From positions 2,790,001-2,854,000 of the forward strand of contig CAKKNE010000006.1 of the NCBI GenBank assembly GCA_918797485.1: a stretch of DNA of 64,000 nt, written 5' to 3'. Each line of letters opens with the position of its first letter. Position 1 is the first letter of the stretch. Shown piece by piece: positions 62,239 through 64,000 of this stretch. The stretch is from Pelagomonas calceolata (lineage: Eukaryota). A model generated the notes under the pieces. The model had not been told where the DNA came from. It worked only from the letters and a program-made list of their open reading frames with translations, and made no database searches. The position numbers were made by a program, and so were the translations under genes.

Positions 62239-64000
62239 TCACGTAGTCTTAGGCTCCTGCAGCGGCGGGTCCCAGACGACGTCCCAGGCCCCCCGGAAGT
62301 AGTTCAAAGCGATTTCGTTCGCCGCGGCCCGGTTCGACACGCCCGTCCCGAGGTTCGAGTCGAGCGTGACGACGTTCTCGAGGCGCGGGTCGGCCGTGTA
62401 CTGGTCCCCGTCGAAGGGCACGACGAACCTTTTCACGCGTCGCCGCGCGAGGTGCCCGGAAATCCAGACGTCGTCCATGACTGTGGCGCCGGGCGGCGCG
62501 CGCGCCATCTCCTCCCACAGCTTTCCGTCGAAGAACTTGGCCTTGACGGCGAAGCCGCAGTTGCCCCGCACGACGCTGACGGGGTGCGGCGCGTGGAGTT
62601 CGTTGCCGTACACGAGATAGTTCTCCGTCCAGTGCGGGTAGCGCAGGGAGCGAGTCACGGGCCAGCCCGTCGCGCTCACCACCGCATCCGGGAAGCGCCG
62701 GCTCCAGCTCGCGAAGGTCTCGAGCAAGCGCGGGGGGTACAACGTGTCGTCGTCGACGACGACCAACAACGCGTCATCGCCATTGGCTAAACCATCTCTA
62801 ACAGCGGGAATCACCTTCGTCGCCGGCCCGTAGTCCTTCTCGATCCTTACTAGACGTACGCGCGGCGCCATGGCCGCGAGCCAGGGCGGCGTTGCGTAGG
62901 CGCGCTGCTCCCGCGCCGAGTGCGTCGGCGTGTAGACGCGAATCTCGTCGGCCGCGAGCGTCTGTTGCAGGAGCGACTCGAGCACCTTGCGGATCTGGTG
63001 GATGCGCCCCGGGAGCGTCGTCAGCGTCACGACGACGCGAGGCTTCTCTCCGAGGACCGTGGGCCGCCGGTCGCCCAGTAAAGGCGCGCCGTCGACGACC
63101 TCGTCGTTCATTGGGGAGACGGCGCCGTCCGACGCGACGCAGACGCGCTTCTTTTGAGGAGCATTGCCTACCTTGCGGTAGATCCTCCTCACGGTCTTCG
63201 CTTTATTTCGCTGCTGGTTTCGTCGCATCACGGTCTGCGGCGCTTGGGGCGGGGCGATCTGCGAACCGGCATAGAGCACGGCGGCGCCGTCGCGCACGCG
63301 ATAGACGAAGGACCGACATCTTTTATGCCGGGCGCACGCTTCTTTCGCGGCACAGAGCCCGCCGTCGACCGTTGACAACTTTTGGTTTGGGATATCGAGC
63401 CAGAACTCGCTCCGCGCCTGGGCCACGTCATATACCGTAGTGTCGTGGATCGTCGTGTTCCGGAAGACCGGCGCGCCGCCGTCGGCGGCGTAGGCCGCGG
63501 CTCTCATTTGCAGTCTACCGGACGCGTCGTAGCGTCGCAGGGCGTTGCGCAGCGCGTCTCCAGCTTTCCCGTACAAGGCTACGAACAACGTGGCGGAGGT
63601 GCCGCTCCGCTGCACAGCATTAAAAAGCTCGTCCCGGGTCAAAAATGTCGTCTTGTCATTGACGCGTACTATGCCAGCACACCGCTTGCCCATGCGCCGA
63701 CACCGTGTTTTCGCCTCGCAGACGGACATGGCCGCGCCGTCTCCTTTAAAAGAGATGGAGAGGCGCCCGAAGCCGTCGTCCGGCGACACCTTGACACACA
63801 CGTTCGACTGAGGCGGCGGGGTCGCTTTCAGAAGACGGTCCGCCTCCAGGCGCTTCGCGAACTCTTCCCGCCAGCCCTCCTCGAGATCTTCGCCCGTCGC
63901 GTCGAAGCCGTCGCCCGTCTCTCCATATGTCCGGCCGCGCGGCGCCGCGCCGCTGTCCAAGTGAGGGTGCAGGTACAGAAACTTCCATGCGACCAGTGCG
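62239..64000 (-). CDS. Glycosyltransferase-like (GT-A fold) protein, 5' end outside window
   Basis: VTLTTLPGRI, DYGPATKVIP, VVDDDTLYP, DDVWISG. Confidence 0.7.
   Translation of the reverse strand, partial: ALVAWKFLYLHPHLDSGAAPRGRTYGETGDGFDATGEDLEEGWREEFAKRLEADRLLKATPPPQSNVCVKVSPDDGFGRLSISFKGDGAAMSVCEAKTRCRRMGKRCAGIVRVNDKTTFLTRDELFNAVQRSGTSATLFVALYGKAGDALRNALRRYDASGRLQMRAAAYAADGGAPVFRNTTIHDTTVYDVAQARSEFWLDIPNQKLSTVDGGLCAAKEACARHKRCRSFVYRVRDGAAVLYAGSQIAPPQAPQTVMRRNQQRNKAKTVRRIYRKVGNAPQKKRVCVASDGAVSPMNDEVVDGAPLLGDRRPTVLGEKPRVVVTLTTLPGRIHQIRKVLESLLQQTLAADEIRVYTPTHSAREQRAYATPPWLAAMAPRVRLVRIEKDYGPATKVIPAVRDGLANGDDALLVVVDDDTLYPPRLLETFASWSRRFPDAVVSATGWPVTRSLRYPHWTENYLVYGNELHAPHPVSVVRGNCGFAVKAKFFDGKLWEEMARAPPGATVMDDVWISGHLARRRVKRFVVPFDGDQYTADPRLENVVTLDSNLGTGVSNRAAANEIALNYFRGAWDVVWDPPLQEPKTT

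Overview
GC-rich, very gene-dense eukaryotic nuclear DNA with short spliceosomal introns. Plastid bipartite presequences, PsbW, kintoun and introner-type introns suggest a pelagophyte stramenopile alga (Pelagomonas/Aureococcus-like); this is inference. About 40 protein-coding genes can be called, including IscA, threonine synthase, TFIP11, a RAD5/SHPRH-like SNF2-RING helicase, C1-THF synthase, GH20 hexosaminidase, APT1-like thioesterase, DNAAF2 and a cyclic-nucleotide-domain K+ channel. Two non-coding systems recur across the window. (1) A 22-27 bp quasi-palindrome, consensus TTGCTAGTGTCTTACAGGCCGCTAGC (CTAG-N10-15-CTAG), occurs about 15 times, apparently only between genes and mostly 65-220 bp from a start codon; it is a candidate genome-wide promoter element. 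(2) Transposon-derived introns (introners): five have 8-bp target-site duplications and TIRs that supply the splice sites, a second family includes a fold-back copy, and both families share an ACGCCATCGA core. Unusual protein architectures include zf-CW plus a putative 2OG-Fe(II) dioxygenase plus helical repeats, a RING finger with nested insertions, CH domains fused to a degenerate M20-like fold, and a DUF4258-like domain. All calls are from reading by eye; no searches were run.
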